A DNA stretch of 64,000 bases, from positions 813,815 through 877,814 of the forward strand of contig NW_003314333.1 of the NCBI RefSeq assembly GCF_000143415.4, written 5' to 3'. The notes under the pieces are model-generated. The model was not told where the DNA came from. It searched no databases and saw only the letters and a list, made by a program, of their open reading frames with translations. Below are positions 1 through 13,261 of this stretch, in pieces. Position 1 is the stretch's first letter, and every line of letters starts with the position of its first letter. A program made the translations under genes and the position numbers. The stretch comes from Selaginella moellendorffii. Lineage: Eukaryota; Plantae; Lycopodiophyta.

Positions 1-691
1 TTTATTCAAAAATAGTGAAAACAAGAAGGATATATAGCTTTATGTATAGTTTAGAAAATGCCAAAAAAGATATAACAATTTACACTTAACTGTGATGTAA
101 TATTTTAACATTTGTATAACTTTACATTTTGGGACAATCAAAGTAAAAAGTGGAAAGATCTTTGAGAAAGCTTTTGAGTGTTATAAAATGCAAGAAGAAA
201 TCACTTTACAAAATATATAAAAAAAGTTTTTATATATATATTTATTGAGTCAATACACAAGAGTTATAATGATCTCATTAAAATTTGCACATGATGAAGT
301 CAAAGAGCGATAACAACACTCTAAATTTCTAAATAGTTGGTATATTATAGGAGATGTTTAAGTTGGAGGACCGTCCTATGCTTTTGGATAGATTCTCAAG
401 GTCTTTAGCTTGGACACCTGAGACAATGTTTGTACTTTTTGGAGACTCTAATTGGGCGGAAGCCAGAACGTGGACAATAGACGATGTGGAGCAAATAATA
501 TTAAATAACACAGAGGGACTTAATTGAGTAGGAAACCTGCTGCTGAAGAATATGAAGAGGTGGTGAACAAGAGGAAACAACATCCTCAATCCCCAAGAAG
601 TGGCCGGCTTGGAAAGAGAAGAAAAATATAGAGCTTCTTCATACCAGCACTAAAAAACAATTGTAAACAGGGACAAATATAACTTCTCATT

Positions 692-3004
692 TCATATTTT
701 TCTTAGCAATCTTGGAGAACGAGGACGCTCCTCACAATAAATCTTCTCCTGGATGCTGAAAGATGGAGAGCTTCTTCCACTCTTGACGTTGTAAGCCCCC
801 TGTCCTGGAGAACGAGGACGCTCCTCACGAGAAATCTTCCCCCGGATGCTGAAAGAGCTTCTTCGGCTTCTCTGCTGGACTGGAAGCTTTCCCCGGATGC
901 TAAACTCCGGACTCACCCGGCCTAGTTTCGGGCAGTACGCTCCGGACCCTGGAAAATCATTCCATTCGTTGTTCTTCACCGGGCCATACATCGTAAATGA
1001 TGGACTCGTTGGCCTGGAAGAGATAGTATACGCTCCAGGTCCCGGAGAGCTGCTCCTGGAAGTGGAAGAAGCCGGGCTACTAAGTCGGCCGTGCATGCTG
1101 AAGGAAGGACCGTCCATGGAAGATCTCGAGGTGTAGGAGCCGGGGCCGGGGGTGTCACGTCCTGATAACTCTTCTCGCATCCTGTGCTGCGGACTGTATG
1201 ATCCCGGGCTGGGAGAGTTTGGAGTTCTTGGTGAGCTTTGTCTCGACTGCATGGTGAAAGCCGGGCCTCTGGGAAGCCGCACAGAGTAAGTACCGGGGCC
1301 TGGAACATCGCTTTCTCGTGGAGACGTCGCCTTGCCAGTGATGGTGAAAGCTGGTAGACCATAGCCGATGGTTCCATTCTCGTACTTGTAGGCTCCGGGA
1401 CCGGGACTTCTCGAGCGGGGTGACGAGTCTCGGGGCTTGCCAGTGATTGAAAAATGCGGGCCGTGTGGCTTCCCTATGATCCTGTACGCTCCTGGCCCTG
1501 GATTTTCTGTTTTGTCCTCCGGAACAAAACGGCGAGTGCCGAGAGAGAAGGATGGCGAGCTCGGCCTCGACACAACGTCGTAAGTTCCTGGTCCTGGAAA
1601 GTTCTCCTTTGGACGTAATGGAATCCTGGACTTGATAGTTATCCAGGGACCGTTTGTTTGAAACTCGGCGTCCTGGTGTTCTCCCGGTCCCGGAGTTGGA
1701 TCTGGTTGTGGAGGACCCGACGGCCGCCTCGGAGATAAACTGGATCTTCTCCTGGAGCTGGAACCTCTCCTGTCTAGATTGCCAGAGTCCCTTCTTCCTG
1801 ACTCCCCTCTCTCTGGATTGAAAGCCGGATCATCCGGTTCCGGCATCAAGAAGGTCCCCGTCTTTGTGATCTTGTAAGCCGGTCCTTTCGGATTCACCTT
1901 GACGATGAAGTAGCCAACTTCCTTTTTCTTCTCCTTCTTCTTCTTCGGCAGATGCTCGGGCCTGTAGCTGGAATAAACCCCGTGACCAGGAACGTTTGCA
2001 TGAGCATTCAACGAACCTTCAACCGCTGTCTTGGTCCAGCTAGTGTTTGTCTCTCGCATCGGGCCGGCACCTTTGCCTAGGACGGACAACAAAGAAGCAA
2101 ATGGCTTCGGGCTGTGAGCTCTGGGAGGCGAGTTAAACCGCGGCGCCATGGTGTAAGCCGGACCACCAAAAGTTCCTGGAAGATTGTGCTGCCCCGGCCC
2201 GGGACTCCGGTCCTTTGCAGCGTCTCTAAACCGAGGAGACATCGTGTAGCCTGGACCGTCCGGCCTCCTCTTTACGTAGTGTGCTCCTGGTCCGGGATTG
2301 TGAGACCTCTTGCCATCGCCAAGCCGGCTTCCCATCGAGAAAGCTGGCGAAGATGGCTGGGACTTCGGCGAGTACCATCCCGGCCCCGGTCCCGGCGATG
2401 ACGATCCTCCACGCAAAGTAGCCGGCTTTCCAAAGTTCGTGGAAACCAAACTGGATGTGTCTAGCGCGACGTTCTTGGAGCTGGAAGTTTGTGTCGATTT
2501 CTCTGCCATGGTTGTGATCGGGAGCTTTAGAGGCTCGAGCTTCTTGGACTGGACGCTGGCACCATCCTGCTTCTCAGAGATCCCACTGCTCCTATAGCTA
2601 ATCACCGGTACTCTAGTTGACAAGCTCTTGTTCCCCATGCTAGTGTGAGAGTTCCTGGAGCTCACCAGAGAGTTGCTGCTGCTACCATGGAAGAAAAATG
2701 GTGGTGGAGGAGGAAGAACCTCTATCTCGTCAAGCTCGCAAAGCTTAGCTCGAAAGAATCCACTCCCTCCTAAAATCTCTGGCCTGGGGACGCTGTTGTG
2801 GAGGAGCCTGGGATGAAATACAGTGCTGCCTCGACAAGAAGGATCGCAAGCCTGTGAGAGATTGCCTGCTACTCGTCTCGGAGAGCTTGTGATTCCAATT
2901 CCAGCACTGCTCCAAGCGGATCTGGGAGTGGTGCCGCCGCCGCCACCGCCGCCGTCCCAGTTCGTGTCGTGACCACTGCGCCAAAGAGCTGGCAGTTTGA
3001 TCAT
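692..3004 (-). CDS. Sperm-tail PG-rich repeat (SHIPPO-1/ODF3-like) axonemal protein
   Basis: 770-aa ORF with about 14 PGPGxY-type repeats (e.g. FPGPGTYD, NPGPGAYR, SPGPGAYK, TPGPGSYT), usually followed by P[AS]F[ST][MI] motifs, the SHIPPO-repeat pattern. True start and possible introns uncertain. Confidence 0.75.
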   Translation of the reverse strand: MIKLPALWRSGHDTNWDGGGGGGGTTPRSAWSSAGIGITSSPRRVAGNLSQACDPSCRGSTVFHPRLLHNSVPRPEILGGSGFFRAKLCELDEIEVLPPPPPFFFHGSSSNSLVSSRNSHTSMGNKSLSTRVPVISYRSSGISEKQDGASVQSKKLEPLKLPITTMAEKSTQTSSSKNVALDTSSLVSTNFGKPATLRGGSSSPGPGPGWYSPKSQPSSPAFSMGSRLGDGKRSHNPGPGAHYVKRRPDGPGYTMSPRFRDAAKDRSPGPGQHNLPGTFGGPAYTMAPRFNSPPRAHSPKPFASLLSVLGKGAGPMRETNTSWTKTAVEGSLNAHANVPGHGVYSSYRPEHLPKKKKEKKKEVGYFIVKVNPKGPAYKITKTGTFLMPEPDDPAFNPERGESGRRDSGNLDRRGSSSRRRSSLSPRRPSGPPQPDPTPGPGEHQDAEFQTNGPWITIKSRIPLRPKENFPGPGTYDVVSRPSSPSFSLGTRRFVPEDKTENPGPGAYRIIGKPHGPHFSITGKPRDSSPRSRSPGPGAYKYENGTIGYGLPAFTITGKATSPRESDVPGPGTYSVRLPRGPAFTMQSRQSSPRTPNSPSPGSYSPQHRMREELSGRDTPGPGSYTSRSSMDGPSFSMHGRLSSPASSTSRSSSPGPGAYTISSRPTSPSFTMYGPVKNNEWNDFPGSGAYCPKLGRVSPEFSIRGKLPVQQRSRRSSFSIRGKISREERPRSPGQGAYNVKSGRSSPSFSIQEKIYCEERPRSPRLLRKI

Positions 3005-3266
3005 CTTTGCTACCCAAGGCGCCCATCAATGGGGCTTTTTTTCCACAGATTGTTCTTCCTATCAGAGGTTCTTGATGAAATGGATTGAATCGAAGCCGAG
3101 AGAGCCGCAAGAATCTCACCTGGGATCATCCGCGACGGCCGCAATGCGAACAGCGCTCCTCCTAGGGCTTTTTGGGCGGGAGTGCAAGCGCTGCGTAAAT
3201 GCCGACGTGGCAAAAGCTTAGAACCCTAAAATCTTCTTTCTTTCTAGGGCTTTTGGTCTCGCGACG

Positions 3267-5523
3267 ATGCTGAAGAGAAAGGATTCGATGGCGAGGAACG
3301 AGGGCGAGAAGATGGAGATTATGCCTCTGGGAGCTGGAAGCGAGGTCGGCCGATCGTGCTGCCACATGACTTACAAGGGAAAGACGATTCTGGTGAGTGG
3401 ATTTCGAGATTTCTTTCTTTCGAGCAAGGAAATGTGAAATGTGAGTGCTTACCTGCCCAGTTCGACTGTGGAATCCATCCCGGGTACACTGGAATGGCCG
3501 CGTTGCCGTATTTCGATGAGATTGATCCGTCGACAATCGACGTGCTGTTAGTAACTCAGTAAGGATTTTCCTTTTCGTTTCCTTTTATTGTTCTACTCTT
3601 CGTGATCTCTGTTCCAGCTTTCATCTCGATCACGCGGCCTCGCTTCCATATTTTCTGGAGAAGGTACTTGAGTTCTCTTTTGCGAGGCTGGTTTATAAAG
3701 TTTTGTCTCTCAGACCACATTCAAAGGCCGAGTGTTCATGACACACGCAACCAAAGCCATTTACAAGCTTTTGCTCACGGACTATGTCAAGATCAGCAAA
3801 GGGTCTGTCGAAGACATGCTGTATGACGAGCAAGACGTGCTGAAAACCATGGACAAGATCGAGGTATGTGTGGTGCTACCTGAGATCACATCACTTACGG
3901 TGCTTACAGGTTATAGACTTTCACCAAACTATGGAGGTGAATGGGATACGCTTCTGGTGCTACACCGCGGGACATGTCCTCGGGGCAGCGATGTTCATGG
4001 TGGATATAGCCGGTATCCGGGTCTTATACACAGGAGACTACTCCAGAGAAGAGGATCGCCACCTCAAAGCCGCGGAAATGCCAGAGTTTTCTCCAGACGT
4101 CTGCATCATAGAGTCGACTTATGGCGTTCAGATTCATCAGCCGCGACACGTCCGGGAGAAGAGGTTTACGGAGACTATAGCACAAACCGTGTCTCACGGA
4201 GGCAGAGTTCTCATTCCGGCTTTCGCTCTAGGACGAGCACAGGAGCTTCTGTTGATTCTAGACGAGTACTGGGAGGCTCACCCGGAGCTGCAACACATCC
4301 CGATCTACTATGCTTCACCGCTAGCCAAGAAGTGCATGGCGGTCTATCAGACTTACATCAATTCCATGAACGACAAGATCAAGTCTCAGTACGAGAACTC
4401 GAATCCCTTCAACTTCAAGCATATCTCTCCTCTCAAGAGCATCGAGCAGTTCGAAGATGTCGGGCCTTCGATTGTTATGGCTAGTCCAAGCGGTTTGCAG
4501 AGCGGGCTCTCTCGTCAGCTATTCGACCGCTGGTGTCAGGACAGGAAGAACGCTTGCGTGATACCGGGTTACGTTGTGGAAGGGACACTTGCAAAGACTA
4601 TACTCAACGAGCCGAAGGAAGTTGCCCTCGTCAGTGGCCTCGTAGTTCCGCTCAACATGAGGGTGGTGTACATCTCTTTTTCGGCACACGCGGACTTTGC
4701 TCAGACCAGCGCCTTCTTAGGGGAACTAAGGCCTCCGCACATTGTTCTCGTTCATGGAGAGCAGAACGAGATGGGCCGTCTAAAGGTCAAGTTACAGGCG
4801 CAGTTTGCAGAACAAAACGTCAAGATAAACTCGCCAAAGAACTGCCAACCCGTGGAGTTTTTTTTCAAAGGAGAGAAAGTTGCAAAGGCTGTTGGTAGGC
4901 TGGCGGAGAAAACACCAGACGAGGGGGGCGCAGTGAGCGGCCTGCTGATCAAGAAGAGCTTCACGTACCAGCTGATGGCTCCGGACGACCTTCATGTTTA
5001 CACACAGCTTTCCAGGGGCAGCATCCAGCAGAGGCTCTCAGTCCCATACGACGGCGCATTTGTTGTGCTGCGACACAGGATTGAGCAGATGTACGACGGC
5101 GTGGAACACGTTACAAAGGCCGAGAGCCAGACACTGAGGATCCATGACAAGGTGACGATTTCTCAGGAGTCAAACGAGCATGTGGTCCTCCAGTGGGTGT
5201 CCGATCCAGTGAGCGACATGATAGCGGATTCAATAATTGCGATCATCACGAAGATGGATCCTCGCTTGCTGACGGACGCCAATGGTCTGCCGAAGATTGA
5301 GGAGGATCTTACGGTTGTCCAGTCGCTGCTCACGTCTTTGTTTGGAGACGTCAAAGTAGACGAGGAAGGGAAGAAGCTCGTGATTTCTGTGGACGGAGTT
5401 GCTGCCACTGTGGACTACACCAGCCGCAGCGTCGAGTGTGACGACGACAATCTCAAAGAACGCATCAAATCTGCTCTTCACAGAATGCATAATGTTCTAC
5501 ACCCTCTGGCGATTGAAAGCTGA
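3267..5523 (+). CDS. CPSF73: Cleavage and polyadenylation specificity factor 73 kDa subunit (metallo-beta-lactamase/beta-CASP), multi-exon
   Basis: Spliced N-terminus MLKRKDS...[20 protein letters not shown] motif, [35 protein letters not shown]; GT-AG introns in 3393-3909. Confidence 0.95.
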
Positions 5524-7385
5524 TCCAACACACCTGGTCCTTCATGTGCTCGGTACGTTTTGTGATCATCATCGCAGCAACAAAATCCATGACTTTTAAG
5601 GTACGTTTTTTTCTGTTTTCTAGACTAAGACGGGATAGCGACGCGGTGTTGTTTGATCTTGCAGTCTGGAGTTATGCGCCCGACCCCGACTTGCCGACTT
5701 TTTAAGATCTGGCATGGTATCGTTTCTTACTCAACCGGCACCTTTCACCATCTGTGCAAGATCATAAGCTCGTCGTTGCTGACCTGTGTTGATGTTCTCG
5801 ACAAGTGTTTTTTATATTCGAAGAGGTGGGGAATTATGCTTACAACCACAAACGACTGCCGCTGCACTGGTGTTTCACACTACTCCAGATTAAAAGATAA
5901 AAAAACGAAGGAAAAGGTATGTCTTTTAAACTTCCGTCAGGAGAAACGCATTTTGATATTATTGTTCATTCCTGTCAATGCAGCGCAGTGTTGGCGCGTT
6001 GGTTTCCACCACCATCGCATGGACTGCGGACTGGAAACTCTCGTGAAGCCCATGAAGTGGAATCCGACGGCATTCAGGCGTCGTCTAGTGGAGTTACAGG
6101 TAACTTTCTTCCCACCTAGCAATGTTCCAGCAGATGCTTCGCTTTTGGATCCTCCGATTTGGGGCCCCGGAATGTAGGAGTGCGTTCCGCGACGCGGTCA
6201 GAGCGATATCCGGAAGACTGGACGGACGGCTTTTCTTTTCCACAGGTGAGCTGTGCTGTGTCGCTTTGTTTCATTCCAAGTGAAACTTATCTCGTTTTGC
6301 GGTGCTTGTTTCTGTAGGAAAGAAATCGTAGCGAGCACAGCACAAGAGGTTCTCTCTATAATGGTAGAGATGCCAGAAGCTCCAGAGGGACTGCCAGGAG
6401 GTATAATTTTTGGAGCAGTGGCACTGTGGCAGTAGCTCACAGGGCAGGCCAGGCCAACAAGGAAAGCATCTGTGTTGGAAATGACGCTGAAAGGATTGGA
6501 TTTATTCCTTCGTGCTCGAGCACATGGATGAAAGAGGTCGACGGGTATGGAAAAAAGAAGATGGTATATACAAATCTAAGCTCTAAGATCTAAGATCTAA
6601 TGTAATGTCCAGGGATCGATCTGGAAGTTTGGGAGAGAGGATAAAAAGATATCATACTACTACTTCAGAGTACATTATAGTTACGTCTAAAGATATTCTT
6701 CCATTCCAGACAGACAAAGAAGGGATTGTGCTTTGCTTGGAGAGAGATCCTTTGGGAAAGATTCGAACCGGCGACCTCGGCGCTAGCAATCATGGGATCT
6801 CCACAATCTCCGACAGTAATTAGCAGCAGTTGTTTGCTCTAATTGCCCACGCTAACGGGCAGGGTAGTGAAAGTTTTGGATTGGTCCGGTCAATTTAGTT
6901 GGGTGCGAGCCACTGTGGACCAGACACGTGTCACCACCCGCTGGTCCCTGTCGCAGCGGTGGGGGTTTTTATTTTTTACTGTGGTGGCGTAAATTCAAAT
7001 CCAAGGCCAGGATCAACGGCTATCAATGTTTCACCGTTGACGGTTTCATCCGGCCCGTCAACCATGAGAGGACCGGCCGGCCTTCAAATCTTTTTACCCG
7101 CCCGCAGTAAAATCGTTTGCTGGTTCGGAGCTCGTGCCTCGGTGCCGAGCCTGGCCCGAGCTTTTGGCTATGGCTGTATTTGGAAATAGTTTTTATTTTA
7201 GTGTTCTGTGCATAGGGTTTGTGTGGTGTGTGGAGAAAATGTGAGAAGAGGATTGCTCGGGGATCTCGTCTATCTGCGAATCGCGAGAATGTCTGGATTC
7301 TAGGATGGTGAAATTTCGTCACAGATGACTACGCCGCGGCTGGATTCAAGAAAATTCTCCGGGAATCGGCAGCGCGAGCTCGGCG

Positions 7386-10335
7386 ATGATGAATCGGAGG
7401 AGCAGCAGCAGCAGCATCGGGAGCTTTGCGCCGTGGGAGACCTTCCTCATCAGCGAGCACGCGTCCAATCTCGGCAAAGCGGGAGAGATTTCTTTCCTCC
7501 CCTGCCATGTCCAGCAGCAAGTAAGCGTCTTCCCTGAGAGCCGATCGACTCAATTTGCTGAAATGCTGCTCGATTGATGGCCCTGCCAGGCGAGCTGGAT
7601 CGCGGGGAAGCAATCCGCCGGCGCGCTTCCGGGATCCTGGGTGAGTTTCTTCTGTTTGTTCGCTAGTCTCTAGTCCGTGCTTTTTCTTGCGTTTGGCTTA
7701 TTGTGGCTACTGGCCAACACTGACTAGGCCTTCTGCCAAAAGGATGAGGTGATGGATCGTGGACGCGTAGGAAATGGTCAGAGGTACTACTCCTGGTTGA
7801 ATTAGCTCCATCTTTTCATCTGTTCTGGTGTTGACTCTCATCCTCTCTTGTCTTGCCTCTCTCACCAGCGTCCTCCTCGAGAATCAAAAAATGATCCATC
7901 AAATGTCCACGGTATGGTTCTTCTAGCTATGGATGCTTTTGCTTCCTTCTAAGTTCTCATCGATGGCTTTGTATTGCTTGCACAGGTCGTGGACAAGACC
8001 GATTTCGAGGCTGTCAAGAGGGAGAGTTTGCGTGTGCATCGCTCCAGGCTCGAGTTTGATGTGAGTAGAGCTGGAATTTGGATGAACAGTCTGGTCTGAT
8101 CGAATGTTTTCGCCACAAATTCTGAAAATCAGGTGTCCAGGCTCGAGAAAAGGCTGCAAGAGGAGCGCGATTTGCACTGCGCTTACACGACCGCCCACGA
8201 AAACGCGATGGAAGCCATCTCCAGTCTCCCCAGTCATCTCCCAGTCAGTGTACGTATGCAACGGTGACTCGTTACTCACATTAGAAAAGTGCTGACGAAC
8301 GCCCGTTTGAATTCTTCTCCAGGCACAGAAACTTCTCCTGGATGTGGCCACGCTCGAGTTCTCTGTTTCCAAGCTAGAGGAACAGATGCTGACTCTACAA
8401 AGCCAAGTTTTCAAAGAGCGGTCCGCGTATGAAAAGTCCCAATCGACGCTGCAAGGTTTATCACAGACGGTGACCGAGGAGGAGCCTGGCACTCAGGCAT
8501 CGTGCTTATCTCCAAGCTCACAGGGCTCGTCATACTTAAAGCCTGTCGCGAGGGGCCGACCACCATCGCCAGCCACACCAGCCGCCGTAGAGGCCTTTAG
8601 CGATCAATCAAGTGGCGCTTCAACAGAGGCAAATGGTGATCATCAGGCGGGCGAGAAACATCATAGCTCGGAGGACGTACTCACTCTCGAGGATTACAGA
8701 AAATCTTCCGCGGACGAAGAGAGTGAGTGGCGGTTGCGGAATGAGGAGGAGCAAGCCGTGACGACTTCTGGAAAGGTAAAGCTCGTTTTTAAGTACTTCA
8801 CGTTTTCTGTTGGGCTCATTTTCAAACTTTGGCGCTCTGTGTTAGTGGGAATCAAGGGACGTGTCAGGCAATCTAAACGACTGCGGCACAGAAGCTCCCC
8901 CGGTGGAAGATATCGTGGCGGAATCTCTCGTGTCGGAAGCGCTTTGGCGATATCCCAACAGCTTGTCAGAGCAGATGGTGCAGTGCATGGTGGATATTTA
9001 TCACCACCTTTCCGGCCGTTCGACGGCACACTCGAAATCAATTCCCCGGGACATGCCATCGCCAACATCGCCGTTTGCTCATCTGGTCTCATCATCACTG
9101 TCATCGGTATCGGAGTCGTCATTCGTATCCTTCGCGAGGAGCCCGCTTGTTGATTGGAGAAACAAAGTTGGAGTTGCGGGACAAGACAGCGTCTTCGATC
9201 CATACACCATGGAAGGAAAGGTTATGCTGCCAGAGATTGGAGCGTATCAGACAGCCGCCGAGGTTTCGTGGATCTCCGTGGGGAAAAAACAGCTCAATTA
9301 TGCTGCCGGCGCACTTCAGAGATTCAAGTGAGTACCGTTGCCCATTCTAGTCTTCTTTTTCGGCTTTTCTGACGTCGAAAGTCTTGCAGATTATTGGTGG
9401 AGCACTTATCAAGAGTAGACCCGAGCAGCATGAGGCATGTGGAAAAAGTTGCCTTTTGGATCAATGTACACAACGCGTTGATGATGCACGTAGGTTTCTA
9501 CACCGTTTGGTTCTCCGCTTCTTGTTGTGAGATCACGAATTTGTCTATGCAGGCATTTCTTGCCTACGGAACACCTGATAGCGAAGCGAAGTACTTCACT
9601 CTCATGCAAAAGGTATGTATGTCGTAGCAGTTTCATATAGAGTAAGCACTAAACAGCTAAATCCCGGAATGCCTTCAATTCTTGTGCAGGCAAGCTACGT
9701 AATTGGGGGCCATTCATTTAATGCGATCACTATTGAATATGCGTTTCTAAAATCCCGGGCATCCACATATCGGCCTCAACTGGTATGTGTCTAAGCAGTG
9801 TCTGTTTCTTAAATTTAATTTCTTTTTCTTGCAGGAGTTGCTTTTGGCACTAAAAGAGATCAACCTGTCAGAGCAGCAAACGAAGTTTGGCATATCTCAT
9901 GCAGAGCCTCTGACGCTGTTTGCGTTGTCGTTTGGTGCTTGGTCGTGCCCAGCGGTATGCAATGCAGTCTCGCTAATCCTTTCCTCGACATCTTTAAGAG
10001 ATCCATTGATTTCTTTCCTTTCCCAGGTACGAATATATACAGCGGAAACAATCTACGAGCAACTGGAGGTATCTCTACGCGACTATCTGCGAGCATCCGT
10101 CGGGATCAACCACAAGAGCAGCAAGCTCATGGTTCCAAAGCTGCTCTACGCTCACGTTCGCGAGACGCAGGGCAGCGAGGTCTCGCTAGCCGACTGGATC
10201 TCCGCGCACTTGTCCAGCTCCCAGCTTCGTTTCGTCATGAGCTCTTTGAAACGGCGAAAGCAGCGCGGCCACAGCGCAGTCCAGGTTCTTCCATTTGATT
10301 TTCGCTTCCGGTATCTCTTTCTCGCTGAGATCTAG
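7386..10335 (+). CDS. DUF547 domain protein with MIP1-type leucine zipper, multi-exon
   Basis: PNSLSEQMVQCMVDIY, EKVAFWINVHNALMMH-AFLAYG, HAEPLTLFALSFGAWSCPA-VRIYTA, C-terminal LPFDFRFRYLF; coiled-coil exon near 8130-8450. 5' end uncertain. Confidence 0.8.
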
Positions 10336-11005
10336 CTAGCTGAAAGACGAGGACTCGCAGTGGTCGGAAAATCACACCCGAGAGTAGGAGAGGAAACGCT
10401 GAGCTCCAAAAATTTTTGCTCGATCGATCGAACGATCGTTTAGACCGAAGCTAGAGGAAGTCGACACTCCCAATTCTTTGAGCGCGTGGATCGTGTAAAA
10501 GAAAGCTCCTTAGGATTTGTACATACAAGTTGGCGGGAAAATCTCAAAAATCTAAATAAAAAATGTGCAGCTTTTTCAAAATTCAAATCTTTGAATTCAA
10601 ATTGTGGAGGGAGGATTCAAAGTTTGAAGATTTTTCTTGGTAGCACCGACAGGATATACATGCCTACATAAAGAATGGGCGGTAGTTTTGTACGGTAGAG
10701 CCACCACGTAGCGATACTTGGCAACATGGGAAAAAACCCAAATTTAAATTCAAACAAGAGATAGTCCAAACAATTCCGCGCCATCGCGCAAATGCGACAA
10801 GAAAGAGTCCTCGCGTTCCAACATTGACGGAGCGTCTCTGCTACTAACGGAGAGAAAATCTTAGGAAAAAGAGAGAGATCTCGAAAGAACATTAGTGTGA
10901 CTATCGATCGATCCATCCCAACGAGCTGAGAGCTAAGAAACAAAAGGCTTTGATCGAGAAAGCGTACTGGGAGAATTTTTGGGCGATGGAATTCGAGCGA
11001 ATGAG

Positions 11006-11514
11006 CTACTCCTCGGCTGGAGGAGCTTCTCCTCCAGCGCCCTCCTCGCCCTCGGGCGGCGGCGGCGGCTTCTCCTCCACTGGCGGGGGCGGCGGTGGCG
11101 GTGGCGAGTGAGCGCAGTGCGAGCAGATCGGCTCCGGCGGAGGCGGCGGCGGCGGTTTCAAAGGATCGTGATCGATGAGGAACTGGCCTAGATATCCCAC
11201 TGGATTCGAGGGCCTATGCGAAGTTTCTCCATGGGGTCAATCGAGATAGAGCTAGAGCTTTCGTTCCTCCCACAATGTGGGACGAGATCAAACACTCAAG
11301 GAGGAAGGATTCGCTTACCTTTCGATGAGCAAGTGCTGCAAGCCTCTAAACACAACTTGTACCACATTGGCATCCTGGAAGAGAGAAACCCATCAAATTT
11401 CCGCGAAGATCCGAGCGATTATCGGGAATTCACCAAGTAGACGCGATGCTGATTCTGGAGAGTCCTCAATTTCATCCATACGTTCACGGATTCCTGCTTC
11501 TTCTCGTCCCCCAT
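11006..11514 (-). CDS. Small Dpy-30-motif protein with Pro-rich acidic tail (3 exons: 11514-11434, 11374-11319, 11213-11006)
   Basis: Manual GT-AG splicing gives MGDEKKQESVNVWMKLRTLQNQHRVYLDANVVQVVFRGLQHLLIERPSNPVGYLGQFLIDHDPLKPPP..., matching the Dpy-30 pattern R.YLD..VV....GL..L..ERP.NP..YL..FL. Confidence 0.75.
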
Positions 11515-11818
11515 CTCCGCACTCTGTGCTTCCCGCGCCTCGAATTTAGGGCTGACTCAAAACGGCACGCCCGTCTCAGCGCGCCACGTGTGAGACGGAA
11601 TATGCCACGGCACATCCCGCTAGCTCTTTCTTTTTTTTCCCCAGGAATAAAATAGAGGAGCGTAGGACACCGCTCCCTTCCAATCGCGAGGAGAGATCCC
11701 ACGCTCGATCGCTCAATTGATCGCGGGCGCCGCATGCAGCAGCGATCCGGGGCACGGATCGACGAATTCGACGCGGCTGTAGGTCAAATTTCGCGGCGAC
11801 AGGGTTGAATCGGGCAGG

Positions 11819-13033
11819 ATGAGCTACCAGGACTTGGATTTGGAGCGCGGCTACCCGGCCAGGAAGGGCGATGTGCTGAATGGGGGCCAGGATCCAAGCC
11901 AGGCGGTGGCGTCGGGGGTTTTCCAGATCAACACGGCCGTGATGAGCTATACGAGGCTCATGAACCAGCTCGGCACTGCCAAGGACACGCCGGAGCTGCG
12001 AACAAAGATGTGAGTGGAATTCTGGAATTCTTCTTCCACGTACAAACCTTTTTTTTTTTTTGTTCTTTCTTTCATCCATAGGCACAAGATGAGGCAACAC
12101 ATATCACATTTGATCAAGGAGACGGCCGCGAAGCTCAAGGCTGTCAATGAGACCGATCGCACACAGCCAGTCAGTGTAAGTGGGATCTATCTCTTTGTTC
12201 TTCTTGTTCCTTCTCGGTGGTTTTTTCTTTCCATGATGGAACTTAAGAGATATGCGTTGTGGTGTTCTAGGCCTCGACGAAAATGAAGGATGCGAAGCTT
12301 GCCAAGGATTTCCAGAGGGTTTTGCAGACGTTTGAGCAGGCTCAAAAGATTAGCAAGGAGCGGCAGACTGTGTATGCGCCATTGGTTCCTGAAGTGCTTG
12401 GAATGGAAGGGTATGTTTTTCCTCGTCTTTCTGCTTTCTCGAAAGCTGGCTGATGGTGTTCTTGTTTTCTTCGTTCCAGCGCCAGTCCGGATGATGAACG
12501 TCGAATTCTACTCGCCGAGCAGAGACGGTGAGAAGATCCAAACTTGTTTCCAAGTACCTTGTATGATCTTTCTTTTGAAAATACGCAGGCAGGAAGTGTT
12601 GCAACTAGACAACGAGGTTACTTTTAACGAGGCTGTGATTGAAGAGAGAGCGCAAGGCATCAGAGAAGTCCAGGAACAAATCGAGGAAGTGCACGAGATC
12701 TTCAAGGATCTTGCGGTAATGGTACATGAGCAGGGTGGAACAATCGGTAAGCTTATCGTTTTTGTCTTCTCCCTTCCATAACATTTCTTTACGTCGTTGC
12801 TTCGCCAGAGGAGATTGATTCCCACGTAGAGAACAGTTACGCTGCTACAGCGCAAGCGAATAAGCAACTCTCAAAGGCTTCGAAGAGCCAAAAGTCCGGC
12901 AATACTTTGGTAAGAGAGATCTCGCTTCTCAATACGTTCTTATATTCTTCGTGCCTTTGTTTTGCAGAGCTGTTTGCTCATGGTTATTTTTGCGGTGGCT
13001 CTGGTGATTGTAATAATCGTGCTCGCGGCATGA
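11819..13033 (+). CDS. Syntaxin of plants SYP2 group (SYP21/22/23-like Qa-SNARE)
   Basis: [39 protein letters not shown] motif [45 protein letters not shown]-terminal transmembrane exon ending at TGA 13033. Confidence 0.9.
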
Positions 13034-13261
13034 TCAAAAGAAAAAGGATGAACATTCAAGCTCATCCCATCAAAAAATTCTTATAGGTATATAGAAAAGT
13101 ATGATACTGATTTGCTTCTGTAGCGGGCCTTGTACATGGGAGTTTCAAAGAGAAAACCGAGAGCTAGTGTAATTACATTCATCTATTTATTCTTCTTACA
13201 AGCATTGATTGGGAGTGTTTTGATCGATCTATGGACGCTGGAAGGAAAAAACACTATGATC

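Noticed and set aside
5600-6500. ORFs downstream of CPSF73
   Set aside because: No recognisable domain or coherent splice structure; possibly decayed gene fragments.
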